Source of the DNA: Hypanus sabinus
Taxonomy: Eukaryota
Direction of reading: 5' to 3'
NCBI RefSeq assembly: GCF_030144855.1
Contig: NC_082717.1
Span: 88,846,001 to 88,910,000 of the forward strand
DNA length: 64,000 bases
The position numbers and the translations under genes are program-made. The notes beneath the pieces were generated by a model that saw only the letters and a program-made list of their open reading frames with translations, had not been told where the DNA came from and made no database searches. Below, piece after piece: positions 1 through 13,399 of this stretch (position 1 is the first letter of the stretch; every line of letters starts with the position of its first letter).

Positions 1-597
1 CCAAATGTCAATAGCATTATTCACTTCTTACTTAAAATTAAGATAAATGGTCCTCAAGCTCTTTATCCTCTGATCAGAGCACACAATGCCTAACAACTAT
101 ACTCTTAAATGATGTAAGAAAGGTTCTGCAGGCAAATGTAAGTTTTCACGGGACTGCTTTTCTATGAATATCTTGAGGAGGGGAAAACTCTTGCCAATCA
201 ATACCTTAAAGTAGGTAAGTTTGTTTATCCGGTACTTAGCCAACAGGAATTCTCATTAAACCAGTAAAAATTTCAAAGAATATGCATGACCTACATAAGA
301 CTGTTTTGTTTTATGCTCAAAAATCAATTTTATTTCACTGAATATGTAAAATAATGAGAAGATATTTTTACATTAGTTACTTCACACCAGCAGTGCAGTT
401 GTAGGCTAATTAGCAACAACAGCTTTGGTATTTCATGTGATGACGACTGTAGTTATTTATTTGATTTCTATTTGTTTTATTTATATTAATACAGTTTTGC
501 CTTGAATATAGAATTACACTGTAAAACACTTATTTAAAAGGATAAGGGGATGACAAATAATTTGGCAATTTATTTAAATGTGTATGCATACACTAAG

Positions 598-1225
598 AAC
601 TGATTTTGGGCTTCAGAAAGGGTAAGAAAACACAAACCAATCAGAGGGATCAGAAGTGGAGAGTGAGCAATTTCAAGTTCCTGTCAGTATCTGAGGAGCT
701 AACCTGGATGCAACATATTGATGCAGCTATAAAGAAAGCAAGACAGAGGCTATATTTCATTAAGAGTTTGAGGAGATTTGGTTTGTCACCCAAAACATTC
801 TACAGATGTACCGTGTTAAAGCATTATGACAAACTGCATCACTGTCTGGTTTGGGGAGGAAGGGCTGCTACTGCTGCACAATGAAAAAGTTATGGTACAA
901 GCCTTCACCGTATCCAAGATACCTTCAAGGAGCAGTGCCTCAGGAAGGCAGTGTCCATCATTAAGCATCGCCTTCTTCACACTTTTACCATGGAGGAGGC
1001 GCACACAGTCATTCAGGAACAGCTTTATCCCCCTCTGCCATCCAATTCCTGAATGGATACCGAACTCATGAATACTATCTCACTGCTGTTTATTTGTGTT
1101 ACACTAGTTATTTAACTATACATGTTTATTATAATTTTTATTTTATCATGTATTACAATGTACTGCTGCTGCTGAGTTAACAAATTTCACGATATATCAA
1201 GGATATTAAACTGGATTCTGATTTT
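598..1225 (+). mobile_element. 5'-truncated Rex/Babar- or L2-like LINE, 3' fragment
   Basis: Degenerate RT C-terminal peptide (KKARQRLYFIKSLRRFGLSPKTFYRC; ORF 606-884) and an attctgatt-type tail. Related pieces recur at 23.5k, 31.3k, 34.5k, 38.9k, 54.7k and 63k. Confidence 0.7.
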
Positions 1226-1462
1226 ATGTGTATTTGTACAGTAATGTTTTCTCAAACAATTCTCAGTCAATTGGCAATGTCCCCATGCCTGTACAATTCT
1301 CCATGGACACTTAGGGCTAAGAGAGCATACTGTGACAAGTGCATTCTGAACAGAAGTTTCAAAGAAAATTGAAAACATTCATATTATGCAATAAAAATAG
1401 CTGATAATAATGAAAGCAAGACTTTACCAATGGGGTTTAGCTTCCCTTTAAGATTTACTTAC

Positions 1463-1643
1463 TTGCCATCCAAACCACGAACAGCATCTTCAGCATCTCG
1501 AGGCTCCTCAAATTCCACAAAAGCAAAACCAGGGGGATTCCGTGCTATCCAGACAGTCCTCAGTGGCCCGTAGTAGCTGAATGCACGCTCTAGTTCCCCT
1601 TTACCGGCACCTGTTCCCAAGTTACCTACATAGACCTTGGTTT
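1463..1643 (-). CDS. SRSF7: SRSF7 coding exon 2 (RRM)
   Basis: Minus strand reads (E)[59 protein letters not shown](K), with RNP2/RNP1 motifs. Acceptor caacag|AAACC, donor GGCAA|gtaagt; 181 nt and in phase with the 28-nt exon 1. Confidence 0.96.
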
Positions 1644-1809
1644 CTGTTGAGATGCATACCAGATATCATTAGAATCTGCAAAACAAAACACTAAATAAAA
1701 CTGTTTTGAATTACAAAAAAATTAACTGTGATTTTCAAAAGAAAACTGGACTTTAAAGGACAACAAAAATATACAATTATAAGAATATATACGCCAAGAG
1801 AAAGGAATA

Positions 1810-3390
1810 CGGTACTGTGCAAAAGCCTTAAGCATATGTAAAAAAAAGCTGTAAATCAAAGATGCTTTCAAAAATAATGAAATAATGAAGTTTCCAAATA
1901 TCAAAAAACTATAAAACCCAGTAAATAGTAAAGTAAAATTATTTGATGTGACTACTCTGACTTTGAAACTGCATCAATTTTCTTACGTACACAGTTATGG
2001 GGTTTGATAAGAAATCCGCTGGTAGATTGTTCCAAGCATCTTGGAGAAATTGCCACATTTCTTCTGCAGACCTTGGCTGTCTCACTTCTCTCTCTTTAGC
2101 AACCTCAGACAGCCTTAATGCCATTGAGATCAGGGCTCTTTGGAAGCCTTATCATCTATTCCAGAACTCTCTTTTGCTAAAGGTATTTATTTATGACATT
2201 GCCAGAGTGTTTGGGGTCATCATCCTGCTGCATAATGAAGTTGGGACTGATCAGATGCCTCCTTTGATGGTATTGTGTGGATGAGAATCTGCTTATGCTT
2301 CTCAGCATTGAAGGTTTCATTAATTCTGACCACCAGAACACCAACTTCATTTGCAGAAATGCAGCTCCAAACCTGCAGGGAACTTCCACCGTGCTACACC
2401 ATTGGTTGCAGAAACTCATCCATATAGCTCTCTCCAGCTTTTCTACAAGTGCCTCCTTTTTGAGCCAAAAACTTCAAGTTTTAACTTACTTGCTACCATT
2501 GTTCAGCATCCCAGTCCTTGTTCATAGGTGTATCTCTTGGCTTTGTTTCCATTTCAGATGAAAGGTTTTTTGGCAGCAACTCTTCAACGAAGACCACTTC
2601 TGACAAGACTTCCTCTGACTGTAGAGGGGTGTACTTGGGTTCCAGTAGTTTCTAAGTGTTTAGAGCTGATAGCAGTACTGGACTTCTTCCAATTTAGAAG
2701 AGACATCAATTTGACATCATCTGCAGCACTCAGTTTCTGTGGCTGACCACTGCCCTTCTGTTCTTTAACCTTGTCTGTTTCTTTGTACTCTTCAGAAGAG
2801 CTTGGATAGCATACTTTGAAACTCCTACCTGCTGCAAAATTCTTGCTTGGGAGCGACCTTGCTGTTGCACGATGACCTGTGTCTTGTTGCTATGCTCAAT
2901 TTGCTAAGGTGTAAGAATTGATAGCTTGAAGGTTAAATTGTCACATCTGCCACAACCTCACCTTTTAGTTTGGTTGCTCAGTTTGATTCCTTCTACACCC
3001 GTTTCTGTTTTGGTTAATCAGAATAGTTCATTCACCTCATGTCATTAATCATTAGTACTTGTTTATTACCTATTTAATCATGCACTGGGCTATGTACCCA
3101 CAAAGTAATCAAGTTTTAATTTGAAAAGTAAACTATCACTTAATATGTAACTTTAACAAAATACTTAAATTCTCTGTACCATTTCATTTTTTGAAAAACA
3201 ACTGCTTGGATATCAAAAAATGCTCTTTGCTACTGACACATTAATACAAAAGACAAAAAAAAATCAAAATACAGGGGTTGCCAACCTTCCACAGACCTGT
3301 TAACGCTAAGGGTCCATGTTTGCGAATCCCTAATCTAATACAAAATTTACTTTAAAAATCTAGAGTGCCTAAGACTTTTGCACAGTACTG
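1810..3390 (-). mobile_element. Tc1-like DNA transposon, full-length but degenerate
   Basis: TA-flanked inverted ends (cggtactgtgcaaaagccttaagca / tgcctaagacttttgcacagtactg). Broken transposase peptides FIMQQDDDPKHSG and EMWQFLQDAWNNLP lie on the minus strand. Confidence 0.88.
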
Positions 3391-5127
3391 TAAGTATCTC
3401 AGTGACAAAAACATTTTGGAAAATGGCATGCATATAAAGTAACTTATAATTCAAATTACACTTTCATTACCTTTAAAAATTCATAACCACTCCTGTAAAA
3501 TTATTGTAAGAAAACTGAAGTGCAGCATCAAAGACAAATGCCTTTGCCCTACATGGTTAAGTTACCTGTCTTATGAGCTACATCAGATGTATTTAATACA
3601 AGGTCAATGTATAGATAGAACCAGATAGAAGTAGCTCAATATTACTCAAAGTAAAAGAAACAAAAATAAATTGGAAGTCATACTAGAACTGAAGATATTT
3701 AAAAAAGGATTAATCTAAATGAAATACATGAGAAGTTCAGACAGTAAGATCAATAATTGTATCTCCTGCGTTCATGAATTGGAGTGAAGATTCCAAGAAC
3801 AAATGGCTACCAAACAAAAAGGCTCAGGATGGGAACACTGAGGGGTAGGAAAAAAAATCTAATTAAGTCGATAGTCAAGATAGGCCAGCAGCAATATGAT
3901 GTAGAAGTGATTCCAGGATTTGCATGGTTAATGGAATCCTGATACTCATTTGGTTCAGCACCCACCTAATATAAGGTTACCAGTCTGAGCTCTCTATACC
4001 AGGTCAAAACACATAAGTAGTCTGGGAAAACATTTTGCTACAATATCTGTAGTATTTAGTTAATTATTTGTTGGTTGTCCCAGTTAGATGAAACATTAAA
4101 CATCTTTCAAACATTACACAGCCATAAAAAACACGACCTTTCTCATCAGAATGTTCCCCAATGCTTTGACCAATATACCTTCATCAGACATTGTAGAAGG
4201 TAGGACTATTTTAATAGACTTGCTTTAAGAAATAAAATCAACATTAAGTTTATAATGAGCAATAACAAGAAAAAATTGTGTGGTATTTGATTTCGATTCA
4301 CTTGAACCTGGGTGACTATATTAAACTAATAGCCAGAAGTATAATTAAAATGTAAACAAAGTGGGAAATATATCACATGACCCATTGCTCTTTATTACTG
4401 ACAGTCTTTAACACCATTAGTGGTGAATTTTAACATCTTACATGCTGCTTTAGAAAAAACTACTATTCAATATTACACTTTCTGGAGTGTAATGAGGAAA
4501 TTCAGATGATGCTATTCCTAATTTCATGCTCCACAGCCTGCTGCCTACTTAGCATAATCAATGGAAGTCTGATTTGATGCAAAACTTCAGGATTTTATCA
4601 ACAAACTTTGGTGTACAATGTTAGTTTCCTGCATGATTTTTATATGCCATATTTACAACTTAGCAAATTTTTTTAGCTTCAAAAGGACTAACTACATATT
4701 AATAATTTTAAACCCTAATTGTCTTTAAAATAATTTAAAGTTAGTTTCAACTAACCACAGTCCTACACAAGTACAAATCCTCATTTCAAATTGAATTGTT
4801 CAAAATTAATTTAAAAATGTGCTTTATCCTTCCTATTTTATTCTTTGAGAATCTTCTATGCGACAAGATCAATGGTGCAAAACACCAGAGATCACAATAT
4901 TAGAAGAGGTAAGATGCCGAGATTGTTGGAATTTCTAGTACAAGATCAGTGTTGAATACTGATTATTTACAGTTCATAATTTATCCAAATCAGCCATCTA
5001 AAATTTCTAATTCCAAGATTGATGTCCATCATAAATATAAGTCAATAATTAATCAAATATTGTATTTCAGTAGTGCAATCACATGTTCATTTTATAACCT
5101 AAACCTTGCAGACATGTTTCAAAATGC

Positions 5128-5730
5128 AGTTTAACACCTGGTGGTTGGTTGCATCCGTCTGTCTTGAAGGACAATGGATGACGATCATCATCAAAGGCCG
5201 AGGCAGAAGGTATGGAGATCCTGAGATGCCCAGTCATCAAGATCCCCCTCTCAGTCTCACCAGTGTGGTCCAAAGGAAAGCTTATGAAACAATACACTTG
5301 GCACCAGCTTGGCTGCAGGAGCTGTCCAGGTGCCTTAGGGGCTCCACTCTAGATTTACCATTAGCGTCTACTCCCATAGCCTTCATCTCTCTCGAGTCTG
5401 ACCGCAAGGCAGTGGGGTTATTTACCCATAGCTAGGGATCTGATTCATGAGCATCAGAGTGTGACTACACACCAGTAGGCTTTCATGTTATGTGTACAGG
5501 GACAAGACCACATCTCCCTCCTCCGTAGTGCAGCCTGAATCCGAAAGGAGTTCAGTTTCCATGTGTCACCAGCAAGGAGACACGACAGGAGGCTTGTTGG
5601 AGACCGTGATCCGGCAGGGAGAGACACATTGAGCTCTCCTTTTCACAAGACTGTTAGCCAGTAGCAGAAGCTGAAAGTGAGAGCAACAAGTGCAACCCAC
5701 TACACTATCACATTAGACACACTGAACTTA
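5128..5730. repeat. unclassified interspersed repeat, possibly RTE-type non-LTR derived
   Basis: Abrupt GC-richer block in an AT-rich intron, with a short (ggtt)-type simple tail at its left end. No recognisable ORF. Confidence 0.35.
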
Positions 5731-6091
5731 CCAAAGTCCTGGAATTCCCAAATTTTGTCCCTACTTGGAACCTTTTTGGATTCATCTCAATAACTACATT
5801 GGAAGAGTGGTATGTTTTTTACTGGGTATATTGTGGATTGATGAACAATTCTGTCACAAAACTTCATAGTAATTTCATAGCACACTAGCAAGTGGGTGAA
5901 GCAATAGTCCATTAAAAAATGGAAGTCACCACTGAATTCATATCTGCCCATAAAGCTCCAGCAATCTCTGGTTTAAGTCAGTGTGTCAACACTACACTAG
6001 AAACATCAAATGCCATCGGCTTTGACAGGAAAGTATCCAATTTGAAAGTGTTATATCAGGTGGATACAGTAAATTAAAATCCATCTAAGTA

Positions 6092-7078
6092 CAGTCGACC
6101 TTCACTAATCCGACCACCTGTAATTCGGTTCCTTCGATAATCCAGCACTGATTTCAAATTTTCCATGCAACTGTAATTTCAAATTTCCTGGGCCACCATA
6201 CCAATCTGCTGCGCGTTGCTTTGGTTGTGTTAGATCTGTTCACATGTTGGCACGCTCTTGTAAGCACAGACAGGTGATTCTTGTTTTCCTGCATTTATTA
6301 ATACCATTTGTGTGAGGCATGACCACCTGGCACCCGCTTGGGGGAACTGGCATGTGCTGGGTCGGTCCACCTTCTCGCCCGCCTATCGGAAGTCATGCAC
6401 TACCTCGCCCAGCCGACGCTCCGTTCTCTGCTGCCTACGACCTCAGATCAGACGTGGTGACCCGCTGAATTTAAGCATATTACTAAGCTGAGGAAAACAA
6501 ACTAACCATGATTCCCTCAGTAACTGAGGGTCAAGAGGGAACAGCCCAGTGCCAAATCCCCGGCTGCCTGGCGGTTGAGAAAATGTGGCGTATAGAAAAC
6601 CTCCTTTCTCCAACTTCTGCTTACCCAGATGTGCTGCCAGCAACATCAACAGTTCTTGAAGAAACTGTTATGCCAGTTTCAGCACCAGTTCCTGATGCTT
6701 CACTCATTTTTCAAGATGAAGATGTTGATGATCCTGACAACCCCCCACTTGCAGACATGTAACTTTGCCTAAAGGTATATTAAACATCTCACTTCAGAAG
6801 CAGAAGTGCTCAACTGTTCTGTATAAGTTAATTCTTGTACATTTATTTGTACCCTTTGTTTTGTCTGTGCCTGTACAGTATATTACTTTATTAAAAATTC
6901 ACTTGCTACTCATTTAATACTTCTGTTTTATTATCTAACTTGTACTGATTTACATGATATTTAAAGGTATGATGAAGCAGTTAGCTAATGCTTAATGTGA
7001 TCCTTCTGTAATTCGGCATTTTCACTAATCCGACACTCCGCAAGTCCCAATTGTGCCAGATTAGTGAAGGTAGACCTG
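6092..7078 (+). mobile_element. non-autonomous Tigger/pogo-like DNA transposon containing an rDNA fragment
   Basis: TA on both sides (6090-6091, 7079-7080); TIRs cagtcgaccttcactaatccg / cagattagtgaaggtagacctg. Subterminal repeats ttcactaatccgac (6101, 7021) and ctgtaattcgg. An acidic ORF tail (…FQDEDVDDPDNPPLADM*) ends at 6762. Confidence 0.82.
6438..6601 (+). pseudogene. 28S rRNA 5'-end fragment, preceded by a GC-rich ITS2-like segment (~6320-6437)
   Basis: cgacctcagatcagacgtggtgacccgctgaatttaagcatattactaagctgaggaaaacaaactaaccatgattccctcagtaac… matches the conserved start of vertebrate 28S, with scattered substitutions. Only ~165 nt, so non-functional. Confidence 0.93.
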
Positions 7079-8101
7079 TATGATCTTGGAGCAAGCTAAA
7101 ATAACATAAGCAAGCAGAACTGTCTCTGTGTCTTCCTCACTCCCTTTTTCCCAAGGTTCTTCATTTATTCCTGATTCAGGGTGAATTAAGTTATTAAACT
7201 AGTTATCTTGGACTACGAAGGTGAGAGATGAAGGCAGCTGTAGATTTTATCATATTGCTTGGTTGGGAGCTTAGATGGAAAAGCAATTCATACTCCTTTC
7301 AGTTAATTCATTACAGAAAATCACTTCAGTCTCTCAATAGTTTACCTGACAATCTGGGTTAAATTAGAAGGCACAATGTTGAATTCTTGAACTACTCAGC
7401 TGGCTAAATTGAGCAAGAATGGTGACAGGGAAACAAGTGCTCCAGTGATTTTGACAAGGAGGACAATGATTATTTAGGGATATTCCTTCACTCCGACCAC
7501 CCCCCCCAGGTAATAATGTAAAGTTCAACGACTGATATTTATCAATTGGATTACATTTAAGTAAACTTCAAGCTCTTTCCAAATTCCTGCAAATTCTTCA
7601 GAAATTCAAATATTCTTGGACAAACATCAATTCTCCCTTATTTACATCTACACACAACTGGTGTAAACTAGTCAAGAATAGTTACAAAAACCCACACTGT
7701 ATGGACATACAACGATAAAGATAATCACATTCAATTTTACTACTTGCAACTACCACACCCCTTGGTAACTAGGTATTCAAATACAATTTAAAAATCCAAT
7801 GATTGGAAGTTAGCAATAGCACAATGCCCAGTCTTCTACACCCTAATTTTCAGATTTAGCATTTAAGCCCAAAATAGCTTAATGAAGGCCTTTGTTCAAA
7901 AATTTGGCTTAATAAAAAAAATCATGCACACAATAACAGAGACAACCAAGATACTTAGCCTTCCTTCAGTTATTTGAATAATCCCGTTTTTGGTCACAAG
8001 AGGATAAGGAAAAAAACCTACCCTGTTACTAAGTCCATGCAGACAATGTGGACTGAGTTACAATAGACCACATTGACTTTACTTTGGTAACAGTAGGTAT
8101 A

Positions 8102-9115
8102 ACACCACACACAAAATGCTGGAAGAACTCAATAGGTCAGGCAACATCATAGAAATAAATAAATTGTCGAGATTTCAGGCCAAGACCTTTCTTCAGGATA
8201 AAGGATGGAAAAAGATGGCGGGGAGAAGGAGAACAGCGGGGTGACAAGTGAAGCTACACTGACGGTAAAGATAAAGAGCTGGAGAAGGAATCTGATAGGA
8301 GAGAAGAGTGGACCATAGGAGAAAGGGAAGGAGGGGACCCAGGGGAGGTGATAGGCAGGTGAGAAGAGGTAAGAGGCCAGAGTGGGAAACAGAAGGTCGG
8401 AGGTGGGGTTTACCGGAAGGAATAAATCAATATTCATGTCACCGGGTTGAAAGCTACCCAGACAGAATATCGGCGTTGCTCCTCCACCCTGAGGGTGGCC
8501 TCATCATGGCACAAGAAGAGGCCATGAACTGACATATCAGAATAGGAATGGGAATTGGAAATGAAGTTTTGGCAGATGGAGTGGACTCAAAAGAGGGACC
8601 CTCCAATTTACAATGTGTCTCATCAATGTAGTGGAGGCTGCACTGGGAACACCAGACAACCTCAGCAGAGTCACAGGTGACGTGCAGGCTCACCCAGAAG
8701 AACTGTTTGTTTGTGGCCTTGAATGGAAATGAAGGAGGTGGTGTATGGACAGGTGTAGCACATTGGATGCTTGCAGGAATAAGTACGGGGGTTGTAGCAG
8801 ATATATTATAGGGAGGGACAAATGGACAAAGGATTCACAGAGGGCACAATTATTGGAGAGGTGGGGGGGAAGAACAGATCTATTTGGTGATGGGATCACT
8901 TTGGAGCTGGCAGAAGTTGCATAGAATATATTGAATGCAGAGATTCATGGGGTGGTAGGTATATATCACTTTCAAGGTGGTGGGAAAATTGGGTGTTCAG
9001 GAAATAGAGGAGATGCGGGTGAGGGCAGCATCAATGGTGGAGGAAAGGAAATCTCATTCTTTGAAGAAGGATGTCTAATGTTCTGGAAAGGAAAGCTGAA
9101 TCCTGGGAACAGTTG
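8102..9115 (-). mobile_element. Penelope-like element 3' fragment (GIY-YIG remnant plus pLTR)
   Basis: Minus-strand peptide VTCDSAEVVWCSQCSLHYIDETHCKL resembles the PLE GIY-YIG endonuclease. The terminus carries a CTGAAGA…GAAA hammerhead-like core at ~8164-8200. Confidence 0.75.
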
Positions 9116-9242
9116 AAGTGAAAGTGATCTGCCTCAGCCTCCAAATTCCACTTCCAGGCGCTCATCCAAAACCAGGGAAAAAATCTCTACTATAGATATT
9201 AAATGCAGAAATTAAAAATTGTTTCTGAGCAAAGTTGCATTA

Positions 9243-10103
9243 GACCATAAGACAAAGGAGCAGAAATAGGCCACTTGGCCTATCTAGTCTGCTCCATTTC
9301 ATCATGGATGATCTAATTTTCCTCTCAACCCCAATCTCCTGCCTTCTCCCCATATCCTTTCAAGAATCTATCAACGTCTGCCTTAAATATACATAAAGAC
9401 TCTGCCTCCTCAGCTGCCTATGGCAAAGAATTCCAGATTCACCACACTCTGGCTAAAGAAATTCCTCCTCACTTTCGTTCTAAAAGGACGACCCTCTATT
9501 CTGAGGCTGTGTCCTCTGGTCTTGGGACACACTTACCATAAGAAACATCCTCTCCATCAAAGTCCTTCACCATTCAGTAAGTTTCAATCAGGTCACCCCT
9601 CATTCCTCTGAATTCTGGTGAATACAGGCCATTAGCCATTACAAGCGCTCAATCCTGGTGTCATTTTCATGAGCCCCTTTGAAACCTTTCCAGTTTCGGC
9701 ACATCCTTTCTAAGATAAGGAGCCCAAAACTGCTCACAATTCTCCGAGCAAGGCCTCACCACTGCTTTATAAAGTCTCAACATTACATTCTTGCTTTTAT
9801 ATCGTAGTCCCCTTGAAATTAATGCTAATATCACATTTGCCTTCCTCACCACAGAATCAACCTGCAAAATTACCTTTAGGGAATCCTGCACGTTGCTTCC
9901 CAAGTCCCTTTGCACTTCAGTTCTTTGTATTTTCTCTCCATTTAGAAAACAGTCAACCCTTTCACTTCTTCTATCAAAGTGCATGACCATACACTTCCCG
10001 ACATTGTATTCCATTTGCCCATTCTCTCAATCTATCCAAGTCACTCTGTAGCCTCTACTCCCTCAAAACTACCTGCCCCTCCACCTATCTTCATATTGTC
10101 TGT
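9243..10103 (-). mobile_element. CR1 LINE 3' fragment
   Basis: ORF 9667-10014 (MEYNVGKCMVMHF…QRDLG…LRLYKAVVRP…FWAPYLRKD) is the CR1 RT C-terminus, followed by a CR1-type 3' tail. Confidence 0.88.
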
Positions 10104-11772
10104 AGATTCACTTTAGAGGTGAGTACATGCAGAGTAACAATCAACTGCTTACTTGCATATTAAATCCAGAATATTTGAGATCCAACATAAAAACGGGTTC
10201 TAGAACAGTGTACATGTATGCATGCATATAAACTCCTGAAAAAACATATAGATTTTTTGCAAAAATCTTAAGATTATGATGCCTACAGTGAATATCAGAA
10301 ATCCATTTTAACCAGAAAAATATACTTGATCATAAGTAACAAATGTTTAAATATGCAATATATGACATTGAAAACTGATTCTCTAAAGAGAAAGATTTTA
10401 TCACAGTGGAAAAAAATCATTCCGTTTTCCAGTATTTTCAAGAAATATCAGTAACCTAAAGTCAAAATTAGGGCATCTAACCTTCCCATATAAACCACTA
10501 GAGCTATATTAAGTATAAAACATAACATGAATTATAGACTGAAGTGGATTTAACATTGCTTAGCTATAAATTAATAATTCATATTAGAGGTTCCATTGTG
10601 TAATGAGTGCAAAGCAAAAGTAAACCATTTTTCATATTAGAGAAATTTCACAATACCCCATCCCACAGTATTATACTCATCCTCACTGGAAAACTGAATT
10701 GCAGGTTAAACTGCAATATGCAGCAACTTACTGGAAAACAATTCAACAGTTAAACTTATTTCTTAAACGTTTCAGTGCAGAAGTGTCTCTACAGTTTCTC
10801 AGTTCAGCAGGGAATTCCGCATTCCAGTAAAAGCTGAAAATGTCACTGGAGTACGAGAATAAAATTACAAAATATAAAAATTGAGCACAGATGTCTGAGG
10901 AATCCAGTCATAGTACAGTACACTGTATCTGCCATGCAAAGCCACCTACACCAAGTCTTTCCCAATTTAAGAATTTATAGTATGTCTACATTACCATCAG
11001 AATGTCCCAAAATGCTTTATGTAGAATCAGAAAGTTTGTAAGCTGGGGAGCTTACTCTTGATCCCACATTCTGTCCATAATTCTTCAATTTCTTTTTAAA
11101 TGATGATTTCTGGCTTAACAACCCTTTTTGGCATAGAATTCCTTTGGAAGGAAACTTTCTTTATCTCCCTGCTAATCCTTCTACTGACTACTTTCAATCT
11201 ACCCTACTGCTTATTTCACTCCTCTGCCCAGGGAAATTCCTCCTCTGTCCAGATCCCTCAAATTTTATACAACTCAAATACAACCCAAATTTTCTCATCT
11301 CAAAACAATAGGTTTGACTATATTTTCTTATAGCTCCGATCTCCTAGCCTTCTGCAATTTCAGTGCAATCACATTTTTCCTGCAAGGTGGCTAGCTTTCA
11401 GCCAAATGTTTTTGAACAACCTTACAACCTGACCTTCTCCCAACATTCTAAAGTTTTTATTCCTCCCTTCCTTTACACCTAAACCACATGGGTAATATTT
11501 TTCTAATCTGCATATACACTAATCCTTAAATATATGTATTTCTGTATTTAGATTTAAATTACAATAGAGCATATAATGAACCCCAATGACAACAGCCAAT
11601 CATTACCTACTTCTTGTCACAGTCAATTTTGAATCCATGCTGCTTTGGATCTAAATTCCTGAATTCCATAGGCGACTGATCAAAAATCTTACTAAAATCT
11701 ATTTAGACAATAATTAGTGACCCATTCAACCCAGGTGACCTGTTTAAAAGAATTAAGTTAGTCCAATACAAT

Positions 11773-12240
11773 TGAGACACAAGAGACTGCAGATGCTGGA
11801 ATCAAGCTGCATCTGTGGAGGCAACAGGGTGGTCGCCGATTTCAGATTATGACCCTGCATAGAGGTTAGGGGGAACAGAGAGACACTAACTGGTCAATAA
11901 GTGGAAACAGACATGGAGTGGGGATTGGAGTAGTGGAGATAGAGTCGGTGGGCGATAGGTGAAGATGAATAAGGAAACTGGGGGAGGAGGAAGTTCCAGA
12001 CCAGATAAAGGAGGGATGATGGGCAGAGGGAACCAGAAGGGGAAGGGGATAGGAAGGGTGATGTGCAGATGAAAATGGGAAATATGATGAAGGGGTAAGG
12101 TGTGGATGTGTTGTTCCTTTAGTTTGCATTTGGCTGTACAAGTGAAGAGGACAAGGGAGACAGGTTGGTGTGGGAAAGGGGAGATTAAATGACATGCAAC
12201 CAGATAGGAAAATGACTGTTGCACACACATCAAGTACCAA
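11773..12240 (-). mobile_element. Penelope-associated terminal fragment
   Basis: Same gactgcagatgctgg…gcatctgtggag terminus and purine-rich body as the 8.1-kb and 57.8-kb copies, but more degraded. Confidence 0.55.
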
Positions 12241-13399
12241 ATGCATTAAAGAAACAGTAGATTATGTGAATCATTTCTTCACCTGGAACTGAGAGGGTTA
12301 GGTGCACATTAGGGAGAATGGTCCCTGGCCAGGGGCCCAAGGACAAGGAAAAGGAACAGGTGACGCGACTTTCTGCCCCAAGGGTTTACTACCAGATGCA
12401 AAGACAAATGGGATGAAAAGTAGCCCCCTACTCTTTAAGATATTTTCATGCAGGCATGATGACTTACCCACAACTGCTAACACTTTATTTACAATGACTA
12501 TCCATAATACAACACTACCATCACACTCCTATCCTCTCCAATATTAGCTGCAATTTATTTTTTAATATACATAACTGCAATACAAGAAAGAGCACAACCA
12601 ATTTGAGTACAGCAAGATCTTGGACACAAAAATAAGATCATGATTTACTGCATGGATAAGAACGTGGGTCGAGGCTGGTATATTTTTGCACCTGATCTGA
12701 ATAATATTTATTTGGAGATTAGTAAAAAAAAATTCAAGGAAATATAATAGGGAACTACTAGTCCAACAAACAACAGATGGGAGTTTAGAATGAATCATAA
12801 AAGTTCAGATTGAAAATGTGAAATTAGAATCAACACAGACATTACAGGCCAATAAGTATTTGTATTTGATACTATTGACCATGCAAATTGATGGCAACCT
12901 TATTTCAAGATTGATACAAATGAATGTCTAATTACCAATTCAATTGCTAAGATACAAAGATACCATGGTAGCATGAAATGCTCTATATTTTACAATGTTA
13001 TAAACTCCTCTAAATTAGAGCATTCAAATAAATCAGGGTTTGAAAGAGCCTCGAGAGGTCCAAGATCTAGGACAGAAATTAAAACGGCAGCTGGACTTAA
13101 GCAGTGGGTCGTTTAAGGCGAACAAAGAACACGATTATACTGTATTATCGCAGAAGGAAACGAAAACAGTTAATGGTCAGCAAGAACCAAACTGCGGTTT
13201 TGGGGGTACAATCGCCCAGCGCATTGTCGATGCTCCATTTGTTCCTCCTCCCACATTAAGGATCGCCAAACCAGCTCAGTGGTTAGTGAATCAAGTGTAC
13301 CCGCGTTAATAATTCAGTTACTGGCAGCACAATTCCCCCCGAACTTTTGGCCATCAGAGGGGTTGTCCCTTGGAGCATGGGAGGGAGGGAGGGAGCGAC

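Noticed and set aside
6438-6601. Functional rRNA gene
   Set aside because: Only ~165 nt of 28S, mutated at conserved positions and embedded in a transposon.
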